64,000 bases of DNA from Eledone cirrhosa. Its lineage: Eukaryota. The notes below the pieces were generated by a model. The model saw nothing but the letters and a program-made list of their open reading frames with translations. It did not search any database and had not been told where the DNA came from. Positions 1-10,000 of this stretch are shown here, in pieces. Location: NCBI GenBank assembly GCA_964016885.1, contig OZ024743.1, positions 358,050,001 to 358,114,000 of the forward strand. The letters are read 5' to 3'. The translations under genes were made by a program, and so were the position numbers. Within the stretch, counting starts at the first letter, position 1, and every line of letters begins with the position of its first letter.

Positions 1-3000
1 TTAAACATGACCTCACTCAGAATAGGCAGCATAAATGCGCGTGGCTTGGGGTCGTCATGGAAGCAGGGTCACCTGCTCAACGACCTCAGGTCACTAAACA
101 TAGATGTAGTGGCCATCAGCGAGACCAGAATCTCCGAAGCACGGGCCTTCGCACCGATCTTCGGCGGCTACGATGTGTACGCATCTCCCAGCCGTCCTGG
201 ATCGGGTGGAGGAGTTGCTGTGCTTTTTCGGAGAGGTTTGGATCTCGCCATACGGGCCATCTTCCTGGACCCAGAGGGTAAGCTGGTGGTGCTGGACGTG
301 ACCAGCGGAGACGGGCAAGCTTTCAGGCTAGTGGCCGTCTATGCCCCGACAGGAGCAGGGCGGCCTGATTTCTTCCGGCGTCTGGAGACCTTTCTTGGAA
401 CGTCGCGCTCTTTAGTGTTAGTGGGCGACTGGAACGGGATCTTAGATGCACGCTGGGACTGTGTGGGATTAGCGGATAGGGGTGGAGGGTGCAAGAGCCT
501 CACCAACCTGCTCAGGCGTTTTGAACTGTCTGACAGGTACCGATTGGATTTCCCGAATGTGCCAATGTGGACTTGGACAAACCGCATAGGGTCATCCAGA
601 TCATATCTAGATAGAGTATTTTGTAGGGAAATAGATAGGTCTAGCATAGGCTGTCCACAATTCAAGATAGTCAGCTACACGGACCACAAATTCGTGATCT
701 GTGTGCTTGACTTAGATAGGCTTCATAGACGAGGACCCGGCTACTGGAAGCTAAACGCGTCCTTACCAGCGCGCAAGGCCTACAGAGACCGGATTAGCGA
801 ACTAGTTAAGCGGGCGTTGACGGGGGCCATCGTCAACAACAAGTGGTGGTTTGCTCTGAAAAGAGCGATTAGAATAGAATCGATTAGGTTTAGTAAGGCT
901 TTAGCAATAGAGAAAAATAGAGCAGAGGGAGAACTAGTTAGAAAATTAGACGAGGCGCTTAGCAAAGGCATTGCGACCGACGTGCTTGCGGCGAAATTGG
1001 CCCTTGACCAATTCTTCAATGCAAAGCACGAAGGCTGCGTTGTCAGAGCTAGGGTGCGTGCTCTCAGACACGAGGGGACGAAAGCCGTTCAATGGGCCCG
1101 AGTGGCGGAGGCGCGTCGTGGCAACAAAGCCACGATCCGGTCTTTGGTGGACCACGACGGGCGCATGCTACTCGATCCCGGGCAAATGTGTGAAGCTTTT
1201 CAGCGACACTTCGCTCAGCTGTTCGGGGGCAGCGGGGGGCCGGGTAGAGGGATGGACTTTAGTGTCTACCTCGACGGACTGCCGCGGCTCTCGGCCACTG
1301 AGGCGAAGTGTTGCGAAAAGCCGATAACAGCCGCTGAAGTAAGGGAGGCAATGACTGGCTGCACAAGGGGTAAATCGCCTGGTTTGGATGGTCTGCCCTA
1401 TGAACTTTACGTACAGATGCCAGACTTGTTCGGAGGCCTCTTGGCGGACGTCTACTGCAACTGGCAACAGAACGGGAGAATTCCCAGTTCTGTGAGCCGA
1501 GGAGCGGTGGCACTGCTGAGAAAGGATCCGAACAAGGGGGATAACATAGACAATTTCCGGCCCATAACTCTGCTAAACACAGAGTTTAAGATTTTGGCCA
1601 AGGTGCTAGCAAAGAGGTTGGCGCTTGTCGTTGGTGGTCTGGTGGGAGAGGCGCAGACATGCGCCATTCCCGACAGATCCATCCACGACAACCTCCACCT
1701 CATGCGATACATCGTAGAGAGGGTAGCTAGGGAACCTGGCACGGGTGGGTCCTTGATCAATTTAGATCAGTCGAAAGCTTTCGATAGGGTCGACCATCGT
1801 TACCTAGCGGCAGTCCTGAGGGCGGCTGGCTTTGGGCCCGTCTTCAGAGGCTGGATCGCTGCCATGCACAGCGACATCTGCTCTGTGGTGAGAGTGAACG
1901 GTCACCTGTCGGAACCGTTCAACATCATGCGCTCGGTCCGCCAAGGATGTCCCCTCTCGTCCCTCTTGTACGTATTGACTCTCGAGCCATTACTGCACAA
2001 ACTGGAGACGTTGAGGGGAGTCCCGCGCGAACTAGGATGCGGAAGATCCGTGTCAGCATATGCGGACGATGTCACCGTAGTGGTGTCGAACGCCAAACAC
2101 ATCGAGGCGATCGGCACTACACTAAGAGAATACGAAGCGGTGACAGGAGCAATGATCAACCAGGAAAAGTCAGTGGGCCTGCAGCTCGGCACCTGGAGAG
2201 GCAGGTCCATGCCGTCCAACAGCGTCGTCGGGCGCTGGACGGACGGACCGGTTAAATTGCTAGGGGTCTGGTTCGGTCCGGACCTCCAGACGGACAAAAA
2301 CTGGGACGAGGTGACGAGCAGGGTGGCTTCTCTCACCCAGAAATGGGCGGAGAGGAAGCTATCCCTGAAAGGTCGAGCGGAGGTGGCTAACGCGTACATC
2401 GCGTCTGTCATCTGCTACCGCCTAACCGTCGTACCTTGTCCTAAGCCTCGCCTGACTGCGCTGGAGCGTTTGCTCTTTCGCTTTTTGTGGAAGGGACGTG
2501 CTCCGATGGTCAGGCGGTCCATCTGTTGTCAACACCCGCTACGTGGAGGGCTGGGCATGCCGTGGCTGATGATGCGCAGGCACGCGCTCAGGCTACGACA
2601 TCTCCACCTCTTCCTCGACGGTGATCAGGTGTGGTCGCCGTTTGCTAGACGCGTTTTTCCCCAGCTCGTTTCCTTGACGGAGCTGCAGTCCTGGGTCAAG
2701 CGAAGACCGAGAGGGAGCGCCTGGAGACTGGAATGTCTTCAGGCGCTCACAGCCCTCGACCAATCGGGCAATGTGATCGGTGGAAACTCCACCTCGGCGT
2801 TCTATAGAGGATTAGTGGAGGGGAAGAGCGACGACGTACTTGGGGAAACTCTAGGCGTCGACGAAAATCAACTAGCCAATCTCTTCGGAAGAACCTTCGG
2901 GCCAGGGCCTATGGACAACTTCCAGAAATCTCTGGCCTGGCAGTGCTACCGAGGAGCCTTGCCAGTTCGGGATAAACTCTACAGGCATGGAGGTGCCGTC

Positions 3001-3727
3001 AGCCGGGCATGTCCGAGATGCGCGCAGGGCGACGAAACCGTCCTGCACGCACTCGTCCAGTGTCCGAAAATTGCTGACTTGTGGGTTTATGTCGAACACC
3101 TGCTGTCGCGTTTAGGACGGATCCAGCTATCATCTGAGTCTATCGTGAGGATTGCCCCGCCCTCCTCCTTTAGCCGGGAAGGGCAGGCAGTTTTTATCTG
3201 TCTGGTGGCCATGGCGAAAGAGATAGTATGGTGGACACGTTTGAAAGGGCTGAAGACGAGCACTTACCTCTTCGGTGATGCTCTGATTGACTTTTTCAAA
3301 TTTCATTTGAAAAGGAAAATCAGAGTAGAGAAGGAAGTGCTCTCTTCCCAGCATTTTGTTGAAAGATGGGTGAGAGAAGCAAGAATGGCCCGAGTGAATG
3401 GGCCGACTCTGAGTATATATCTGTAAACTAAAGGTGGAAAACTGGGAGAGGGCACTTGCCTTGGTGGTCAGGGTCATTGTGGCTTTTTACTGGGCTTTCT
3501 CCACAAATGTCCCTCCGAAGTCTCCCCCCTATTGGGGAATTTTTCATTGTTATTTTCATTGTTATTTTTGTTACATCCTCTATTTTTGTTTTTTTACACG
3601 CAGAAATGCCCATTTGTACCGTCCTGCATTGTCCTGCACTGTCCTTAATGTCTACTTTATGTAAACCCTTGTGGTTAATAAAGAAATCATTATTATTATT
3701 ATTATTGTTATTATTATTATTATTATT
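1..3727 (+). mobile_element. Tx1-clade non-LTR retrotransposon, copy 1 (5' part outside the window)
   Basis: Intact ORF2, ~260-bp 3'UTR, AATAAA at 3677-3682, (TTA)n tail 3689-3727; nearly identical to copy 2 at offset 6066. Confidence 0.9.
7..3426 (+). CDS. LINE ORF2: APE endonuclease + reverse transcriptase + C-terminal Zn finger
   Basis: APE motifs (INARGL, SET, VYAP, GDWN, SYLDR, TDH); L1/Tx1-type GPGYWKLN; RT motifs KSPGLDG, FRPITLLN, DQSKAFD, RQGCPLS, YADD; CPRC..ETVLHALVQC. Confidence 0.95.
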   Translation: MTSLRIGSINARGLGSSWKQGHLLNDLRSLNIDVVAISETRISEARAFAPIFGGYDVYASPSRPGSGGGVAVLFRRGLDLAIRAIFLDPEGKLVVLDVTSGDGQAFRLVAVYAPTGAGRPDFFRRLETFLGTSRSLVLVGDWNGILDARWDCVGLADRGGGCKSLTNLLRRFELSDRYRLDFPNVPMWTWTNRIGSSRSYLDRVFCREIDRSSIGCPQFKIVSYTDHKFVICVLDLDRLHRRGPGYWKLNASLPARKAYRDRISELVKRALTGAIVNNKWWFALKRAIRIESIRFSKALAIEKNRAEGELVRKLDEALSKGIATDVLAAKLALDQFFNAKHEGCVVRARVRALRHEGTKAVQWARVAEARRGNKATIRSLVDHDGRMLLDPGQMCEAFQRHFAQLFGGSGGPGRGMDFSVYLDGLPRLSATEAKCCEKPITAAEVREAMTGCTRGKSPGLDGLPYELYVQMPDLFGGLLADVYCNWQQNGRIPSSVSRGAVALLRKDPNKGDNIDNFRPITLLNTEFKILAKVLAKRLALVVGGLVGEAQTCAIPDRSIHDNLHLMRYIVERVAREPGTGGSLINLDQSKAFDRVDHRYLAAVLRAAGFGPVFRGWIAAMHSDICSVVRVNGHLSEPFNIMRSVRQGCPLSSLLYVLTLEPLLHKLETLRGVPRELGCGRSVSAYADDVTVVVSNAKHIEAIGTTLREYEAVTGAMINQEKSVGLQLGTWRGRSMPSNSVVGRWTDGPVKLLGVWFGPDLQTDKNWDEVTSRVASLTQKWAERKLSLKGRAEVANAYIASVICYRLTVVPCPKPRLTALERLLFRFLWKGRAPMVRRSICCQHPLRGGLGMPWLMMRRHALRLRHLHLFLDGDQVWSPFARRVFPQLVSLTELQSWVKRRPRGSAWRLECLQALTALDQSGNVIGGNSTSAFYRGLVEGKSDDVLGETLGVDENQLANLFGRTFGPGPMDNFQKSLAWQCYRGALPVRDKLYRHGGAVSRACPRCAQGDETVLHALVQCPKIADLWVYVEHLLSRLGRIQLSSESIVRIAPPSSFSREGQAVFICLVAMAKEIVWWTRLKGLKTSTYLFGDALIDFFKFHLKRKIRVEKEVLSSQHFVERWVREARMARVNGPTLSIYL

Positions 3728-3940
3728 GAATGCCATGGTTGACGGAGGCTCGGCTCTGTAAGGTATAGTAATTTTTAACCGTTAAAACAATTGTAAATTG
3801 TTTAAAACTTGAACCAAATTGTTGATAAAGACACCCTCCTCCTCGTGAGAGGGGTCTTTCTGTCCGTTATTTGGCCCTTCGGGGTTAAATAACCAGTTAT
3901 TGGGGTTTTGTACCCAAAATTTCATTTTAAACAAAAAAAC

Positions 3941-6037
3941 ATGGCTACCAAAAAGAAATTTCATACGTCACTCCCACTCATTCCGTCTTCTTCTTCCTCA
4001 ATCATCACTACAGCAGAGAGAAGATTGTCTCTCTCCCTCCCTTCTTTAAATGTGTCTCTCTCCCTCCCTTCTCTTTCGCAAGCGACGAAAGAAAAGAAAA
4101 GTCTCGTGCAAAGCGTGCAAGGTTTCTCCACGACGACGACGACAGCGACGAAACAGGTGCGCGGGAAATACGAAAACCCAGTTCATTCGTCTGACGTCAG
4201 GAATAATAGCAGTAGCAGCCGTAATAACAACAGCAACAGTGACAATGAAAACAACAGTAGCAGCCGCAACAGCATCACCAGCAGCATAAACAACAACAGC
4301 ATTAGCAGCAGCAACACCAACAACAACCACAGCAACAGCGGCGGAGGCAGTAGTCGTAGTACCTGCAGCAACAACAAAAGTACCAGCAGCTCTGACGACA
4401 ACAACAACAGCAGAGAAAAACCAATCTCATTTGCAGGTATTGCGAAAAACCTGGAAACAATCCTCATAACAAATGAGGAATTAGAGGAAGCGAAGAAGAT
4501 GGTGACAAAGAACGGACACCGAGCAATCTGCAAGGCAGCGAAAAATTTTTTCGAAACCCAAGAGCACTGTACGGTCACGTACCGTACAGTAAGTACAAAA
4601 TCCCGTAGGGTGGAAAGAGCCACAGAGGCCCAAATACAAAAAGCCTTGGGGTCTGTGTGGCAGAGGAAAACGCACATCACCCGAGGCAAAAAATACGCCA
4701 CCGTAGACGTACTTTTTGCCACACCCCAGGAGGCAAAGGCCCAATCAGTAGTGACCCTAAGGAGCGAGGAAATGGTGTTGGTGCCCTCCTACTGCGGGCA
4801 AAAAATTGTGAGGGTCAAACTGACCCACGTCCCCCCCGGAATGACCCCTTCTTGGCTGGCCGCGTCTGTCCTCGTCGGAATCGAGGACAAAACAACTGTA
4901 CTGCAAGTACAGAAAAAAGTAAGAGAAGATTGGGTCGGCTCCTCCATTGAGATGCTAATCCAAACCAACCAGGAGTGCATCGAAGCTATCCCGGATGTGA
5001 TAGACTTCGATAACGGCACTCAACTGCCCATAAGTGTTGAGGGCAAACGCCCGAAATGCTTTCGCTGTGGATCGAAGACTCACCTCAGGGCCTTCTGCAA
5101 CGAGAAGACCCTGAGAAAGGAGAAAACCCCCCTCCTCCCGAATCCGGTTCCACGGCTACCAGCAACAGGACAAGCGGCAACCAGGAACGATAGGTCCGTG
5201 GCACCCATACCCACTCCACGGAAATCAAAGACAGCAGCAGCAGTGGAAATATTAACAACAACAACAGCAATACCAAATGCAGCTGCAACAGAGACTCCAG
5301 TGCAAACATCACCAACAACAACAAGTGAAAGAGTGGAGCTGGTACCCCTCCCCGACCTTACAGAATCAGACATGGAGTGTGAGGTGGGAGAGGGATGGCA
5401 AAAGGTCTCAAGAAGGCACAAACGCAGAAGCAGCGCATCGTCGCCTTTGAAAAGGGAGGAAAGAAATGAGAAAAGGGTAAAGTCTACTGCAAAGAGACCC
5501 ACAGCAGCAACACCACCAACACCATCACCACCCACACCAGCACCACCATCACCACCGGCGACAACCCCACCGCCAACAACACCTTCAACACCACCACCAC
5601 AAGCACCAACATCGCAAACACAACAACAAAACACACACACCCAGCAACAACGACAAGAAAATAGCAGAACCACACCCCACCCCCAGAAAAACAAATGCAC
5701 GGCAATAAACACACACAACAAGAAACTAATGACTTACATAATTGAACACACAGACATTTCACAACAGGACTACATAATACCAGCACCAATCAAAACGCCA
5801 ACTAACATAAGACTGCTAAAAATAGCACAGAAACAATACACAAACATTAAAACGAAATTCCCCAACGCAGTTGGTGATTTCAGGGACCTAGGAGGAACCA
5901 TTAATCGAAGAGTATATTCAGACATTCTCTTAGAAGAGCCGACGACCAGCCGAAGGGACGATTCAACGGTCCCTTCACCAGACGATCAAGTGAAAAGGGA
6001 TGTAAAAACCATCCCTCCTCTACCAAAAATACGGTAA
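3941..6037 (+). CDS. LINE ORF1 (gag-like nucleic-acid-binding protein with CCHC zinc knuckle)
   Basis: ATG at 3941 in AAACATGG context (the ORF track starts at an upstream TTG); CFRCGSKTHLRAFC knuckle; Ser/Asn- and Pro/Thr-rich low-complexity tracts; directly upstream of ORF2. Confidence 0.85.
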   Translation: MATKKKFHTSLPLIPSSSSSIITTAERRLSLSLPSLNVSLSLPSLSQATKEKKSLVQSVQGFSTTTTTATKQVRGKYENPVHSSDVRNNSSSSRNNNSNSDNENNSSSRNSITSSINNNSISSSNTNNNHSNSGGGSSRSTCSNNKSTSSSDDNNNSREKPISFAGIAKNLETILITNEELEEAKKMVTKNGHRAICKAAKNFFETQEHCTVTYRTVSTKSRRVERATEAQIQKALGSVWQRKTHITRGKKYATVDVLFATPQEAKAQSVVTLRSEEMVLVPSYCGQKIVRVKLTHVPPGMTPSWLAASVLVGIEDKTTVLQVQKKVREDWVGSSIEMLIQTNQECIEAIPDVIDFDNGTQLPISVEGKRPKCFRCGSKTHLRAFCNEKTLRKEKTPLLPNPVPRLPATGQAATRNDRSVAPIPTPRKSKTAAAVEILTTTTAIPNAAATETPVQTSPTTTSERVELVPLPDLTESDMECEVGEGWQKVSRRHKRRSSASSPLKREERNEKRVKSTAKRPTAATPPTPSPPTPAPPSPPATTPPPTTPSTPPPQAPTSQTQQQNTHTQQQRQENSRTTPHPQKNKCTAINTHNKKLMTYIIEHTDISQQDYIIPAPIKTPTNIRLLKIAQKQYTNIKTKFPNAVGDFRDLGGTINRRVYSDILLEEPTTSRRDDSTVPSPDDQVKRDVKTIPPLPKIR

Positions 6038-6072
6038 GTGGTCTTTCCCATCTTTTCCACTCTATTTTAAAC

Positions 6073-9000
6073 ATGACCTCACTCAGAATAGGCAGCATAA
6101 ATGCGCGTGGCTTGGGGTCGTCATGGAAGCAGGGTCACCTGCTCAACGACCTCAGGTCACTAAACATAGATGTAGTGGCCATCAGCGAGACCAGAATCTC
6201 CGAAGCACGGGCCTTCGCACCGATCTTCGGCGGCTACGATGTGTACGCATCTCCCAGCCGTCCTGGATCGGGTGGAGGAGTTGCTGTGCTTTTTCGGAGA
6301 GGTTTGGATCTCGCCATACGGGCCATCTTCCTGGACCCAGAGGGTAAGCTGGTGGTGCTGGACGTGACCAGCGGAGACGGGCAAGCTTTCAGGCTAGTGG
6401 CCGCCTATGCCCCGACAGGAGCAGGGCGGCCTGATTTCTTCCGGCGTCTGGAGACCTTTCTTGGAACGTCGCGCTCTTTAGTGTTAGTGGGCGACTGGAA
6501 CGGGATCTTAGATGCACGCTGGGACTGTGTGGGATTAGCGGATAGGGGTGGAGGGTGCAAGAGCCTCACCAACCTGCTCAGGCGTTTTGAACTGTCTGAC
6601 AGGTACCGATTGGATTTCCCGAATGTGCCAATGTGGACTTGGACAAACCGCATAGGGTCATCCAGATCATATCTAGATAGAGTATTTTGTAGGGAAATAG
6701 ATAGGTCTAGCATAGGCTGTCCACAATTCAAGATAGTCAGCTACACGGACCACAAATTCGTGATCTGTGTGCTTGACTTAGATAGGCTTCATAGACGAGG
6801 ACCCGGCTACTGGAAGCTAAACGCGTCCTTACCAGCGCGCAAGGCCTACAGAGACCGGATTAGCGAACTAGTTAAGCGGGCGTTGACGGGGGCCATCGTC
6901 AACAACAAGTGGTGGTTTGCTCTGAAAAGAGCGATTAGAATAGAATCGATTAGGTTTAGTAAGGCTTTAGCAATAGAGAAAAATAGAGCAGAGGGAGAAC
7001 TAGTTAGAAAATTAGACGAGGCGCTTAGCAAAGGCATTGCGACCGACGTGCTTGCGGCGAAATTGGCCCTTGACCAATTCTTCAATGCAAAGCACGAAGG
7101 CTGCGTTGTCAGAGCTAGGGTGCGTGCTCTCAGACACGAGGGGACGAAAGCCGTTCAATGGGCCCGAGTGGCGGAGGCGCGTCGTGGCAACAAAGCCACG
7201 ATCCGGTCTTTGGTGGACCACGACGGGCGCATGCTACTCGATCCCGGGCAAATGTGTGAAGCTTTTCAGCGACACTTCGCTCAGCTGTTCGGGGGCAGCG
7301 GGGGGCCGGGTAGAGGGATGGACTTTAGTGTCTACCTCGACGGACTGCCGCGGCTCTCGGCCACTGAGGCGAAGTGTTGCGAAAAGCCGATAACAGCCGC
7401 TGAAGTAAGGGAGGCAATGACTGGCTGCACAAGGGGTAAATCGCCTGGTTTGGATGGTCTGCCCTATGAACTTTACGTACAGATGCCAGACTTGTTCGGA
7501 GGCCTCTTGGCGGACGTCTACTGCAACTGGCAACAGAACGGGAGAATTCCCAGTTCTGTGAGCCGAGGAGCGGTGGCACTGCTGAGAAAGGATCCGAACA
7601 AGGGGGATAACATAGACAATTTCCGGCCCATAACTCTGCTAAACACAGAGTTTAAGATTTTGGCCAAGGTGCTAGCAAAGAGGTTGGCGCTTGTCGTTGG
7701 TGGTCTGGTGGGAGAGGCGCAGACATGCGCCATTCCCGACAGATCCATCCACGACAACCTCCACCTCATGCGATACATCGTAGAGAGGGTAGCTAGGGAA
7801 CCTGGCACGGGTGGGTCCTTGATCAATTTAGATCAGTCGAAAGCTTTCGATAGGGTCGACCATCGTTACCTAGCGGCAGTCCTGAGGGCGGCTGGCTTTG
7901 GGCCCGTCTTCAGAGGCTGGATCGCTGCCATGCACAGCGACATCTGCTCTGTGGTGAGAGTGAACGGTCACCTGTCGGAACCGTTCAACATCATGCGCTC
8001 GGTCCGCCAAGGATGTCCCCTCTCGTCCCTCTTGTACGTATTGACTCTCGAGCCATTACTGCACAAACTGGAGACGTTGAGGGGAGTCCCGCGCGAACTA
8101 GGATGCGGAAGATCCGTGTCAGCATATGCGGACGATGTCACCGTAGTGGTGTCGAACGCCAAACACATCGAGGCGATCGGCACTACACTAAGAGAATACG
8201 AAGCGGTGACAGGAGCAATGATCAACCAGGAAAAGTCAGTGGGCCTGCAGCTCGGCACCTGGAGAGGCAGGTCCATGCCGTCCAACAGCGTCGTCGGGCG
8301 CTGGACGGACGGACCGGTTAAATTGCTAGGGGTCTGGTTCGGTCCGGACCTCCAGACGGACAAAAACTGGGACGAGGTGACGAGCAGGGTGGCTTCTCTC
8401 ACCCAGAAATGGGCGGAGAGGAAGCTATCCCTGAAAGGTCGAGCGGAGGTGGCTAACGCGTACATCGCGTCTGTCATCTGCTACCGCCTAACCGTCGTAC
8501 CTTGTCCTAAGCCTCGCCTGACTGCGCTGGAGCGTTTGCTCTTTCGCTTTTTGTGGAAGGGACGTGCTCCGATGGTCAGGCGGTCCATCTGTTGTCAACA
8601 CCCGCTACGTGGAGGGCTGGGCATGCCGTGGCTGATGATGCGCAGGCACGCGCTCAGGCTACGACATCTCCACCTCTTCCTCGACGGTGATCAGGTGTGG
8701 TCGCCGTTTGCTAGACGCGTTTTTCCCCAGCTCGTTTCCTTGACGGAGCTGCAGTCCTGGGTCAAGCGAAGACCGAGAGGGAGCGCCTGGAGACTGGAAT
8801 GTCTTCAGGCGCTCACAGCCCTCGACCAATCGGGCAATGTGATCGGTGGAAACTCCACCTCGGCGTTCTATAGAGGATTAGTGGAGGGGAAGAGCGACGA
8901 CGTACTTGGGGAAACTCTAGGCGTCGACGAAAATCAACTAGCCAATCTCTTCGGAAGAACCTTCGGGCCAGGGCCTATGGACAACTTCCAGAAATCTCTG

Positions 9001-9492
9001 GCCTGGCAGTGCTACCGAGGAGCCTTGCCAGTTCGGGATAAACTCTACAGGCATGGAGGTGCCGTCAGCCGGGCATGTCCGAGATGCGCGCAGGGCGACG
9101 AAACCGTCCTGCACGCACTCGTCCAGTGTCCGAAAATTGCTGACTTGTGGGTTTATGTCGAACACCTGCTGTCGCGTTTAGGACGGATCCAGCTATCATC
9201 TGAGTCTATCGTGAGGATTGCCCCGCCCTCCTCCTTTAGCCGGGAAGGGCAGGCAGTTTTTATCTGTCTGGTGGCCATGGCGAAAGAGATAGTATGGTGG
9301 ACACGTTTGAAAGGGCTGAAGACGAGCACTTACCTCTTCGGTGATGCTCTGATTGACTTTTTCAAATTTCATTTGAAAAGGAAAATCAGAGTAGAAAAGG
9401 AAGTGCTCTCTTCCCAGCATTTTGTTGAAAGATGGGTGAGAGAAGCAAGAATGGCCCGAGTGAATGGGCCGACTCTGAGTATATATCTGTAA
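6073..9492 (+). CDS. LINE ORF2: APE endonuclease + reverse transcriptase + Zn finger
   Basis: Same 1139-aa protein as 7..3426 except VYAP->AYAP. Confidence 0.95.
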   Translation: MTSLRIGSINARGLGSSWKQGHLLNDLRSLNIDVVAISETRISEARAFAPIFGGYDVYASPSRPGSGGGVAVLFRRGLDLAIRAIFLDPEGKLVVLDVTSGDGQAFRLVAAYAPTGAGRPDFFRRLETFLGTSRSLVLVGDWNGILDARWDCVGLADRGGGCKSLTNLLRRFELSDRYRLDFPNVPMWTWTNRIGSSRSYLDRVFCREIDRSSIGCPQFKIVSYTDHKFVICVLDLDRLHRRGPGYWKLNASLPARKAYRDRISELVKRALTGAIVNNKWWFALKRAIRIESIRFSKALAIEKNRAEGELVRKLDEALSKGIATDVLAAKLALDQFFNAKHEGCVVRARVRALRHEGTKAVQWARVAEARRGNKATIRSLVDHDGRMLLDPGQMCEAFQRHFAQLFGGSGGPGRGMDFSVYLDGLPRLSATEAKCCEKPITAAEVREAMTGCTRGKSPGLDGLPYELYVQMPDLFGGLLADVYCNWQQNGRIPSSVSRGAVALLRKDPNKGDNIDNFRPITLLNTEFKILAKVLAKRLALVVGGLVGEAQTCAIPDRSIHDNLHLMRYIVERVAREPGTGGSLINLDQSKAFDRVDHRYLAAVLRAAGFGPVFRGWIAAMHSDICSVVRVNGHLSEPFNIMRSVRQGCPLSSLLYVLTLEPLLHKLETLRGVPRELGCGRSVSAYADDVTVVVSNAKHIEAIGTTLREYEAVTGAMINQEKSVGLQLGTWRGRSMPSNSVVGRWTDGPVKLLGVWFGPDLQTDKNWDEVTSRVASLTQKWAERKLSLKGRAEVANAYIASVICYRLTVVPCPKPRLTALERLLFRFLWKGRAPMVRRSICCQHPLRGGLGMPWLMMRRHALRLRHLHLFLDGDQVWSPFARRVFPQLVSLTELQSWVKRRPRGSAWRLECLQALTALDQSGNVIGGNSTSAFYRGLVEGKSDDVLGETLGVDENQLANLFGRTFGPGPMDNFQKSLAWQCYRGALPVRDKLYRHGGAVSRACPRCAQGDETVLHALVQCPKIADLWVYVEHLLSRLGRIQLSSESIVRIAPPSSFSREGQAVFICLVAMAKEIVWWTRLKGLKTSTYLFGDALIDFFKFHLKRKIRVEKEVLSSQHFVERWVREARMARVNGPTLSIYL

Positions 9493-9752
9493 ACTAAAGG
9501 TGGAAAACTGGGAGAGGGCACTTGCCTTGGTGGTCAGGGTCATTGTGGCTTTTTACTGGGCTTTCTCCACAAATGTCCCTCCGAAGTCTCCCCCCTATTG
9601 GGGAATTTTTCATTGTTATTTTCATTGTTATTTTTGTTACATCCTCTGTTTTTGTTTTTTTACACGCAGAAATGCCCATTTGTACCGTCCTGCATTGTCC
9701 TGCACTGTCCTTAATGTCTACTTTATGTAAACCCTTGTGGTTAATAAAGAAA

Positions 9753-9796
<44 letters not shown>

Positions 9797-9798
9797 AG

Positions 9799-10000
9799 GG
9801 CGGTGGATTGGCAGTATCGGTAGAGAGTCGGACGCCATGCTTTCCGGCGTAGTTACGTCCCCTTACGGTCTGAGTTCAAATCCCGCCGAGGTTGACTTTA
9901 CCTTTCATCCTTACGGGGTCGATAAAATAAAGTACCAGTAATGCACTGGGTAATTGCTGGCCTCGTGCCAAAAGTAGAAACAATTATTATTATTATTATT
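9799..10000 (+). mobile_element. tRNA-derived SINE (octopus-type family) with (ATT)n tail
   Basis: A-box-like TGGCAGTATCGG, B-box GAGTTCAAATCC, 3' end GGCCTCGTGCCAAAAGTAGAAACA(ATT)n; many related copies in the window. Confidence 0.8.

Larger units (their letters stand above)
3728..9793 (+). mobile_element. Full-length Tx1-clade non-LTR retrotransposon, copy 2 (6066 bp)
   Basis: 5'UTR 3728-3940, ORF1, 35-nt spacer, ORF2, 3'UTR, AATAAA 9743-9748, (TTA)n tail; starts directly after the tail of copy 1. Confidence 0.92.

Noticed and set aside
1-9793. Long direct repeats read as the LTRs of one element
   Set aside because: The repeat is the APE-RT ORF plus tail; there is no integrase, PBS or TG..CA end
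57-9941. Many short ORFs overlapping the Tx1 ORFs and 3'UTR
   Set aside because: Shadow frames of GC-rich LINE coding sequence; duplicated only because the element is duplicated
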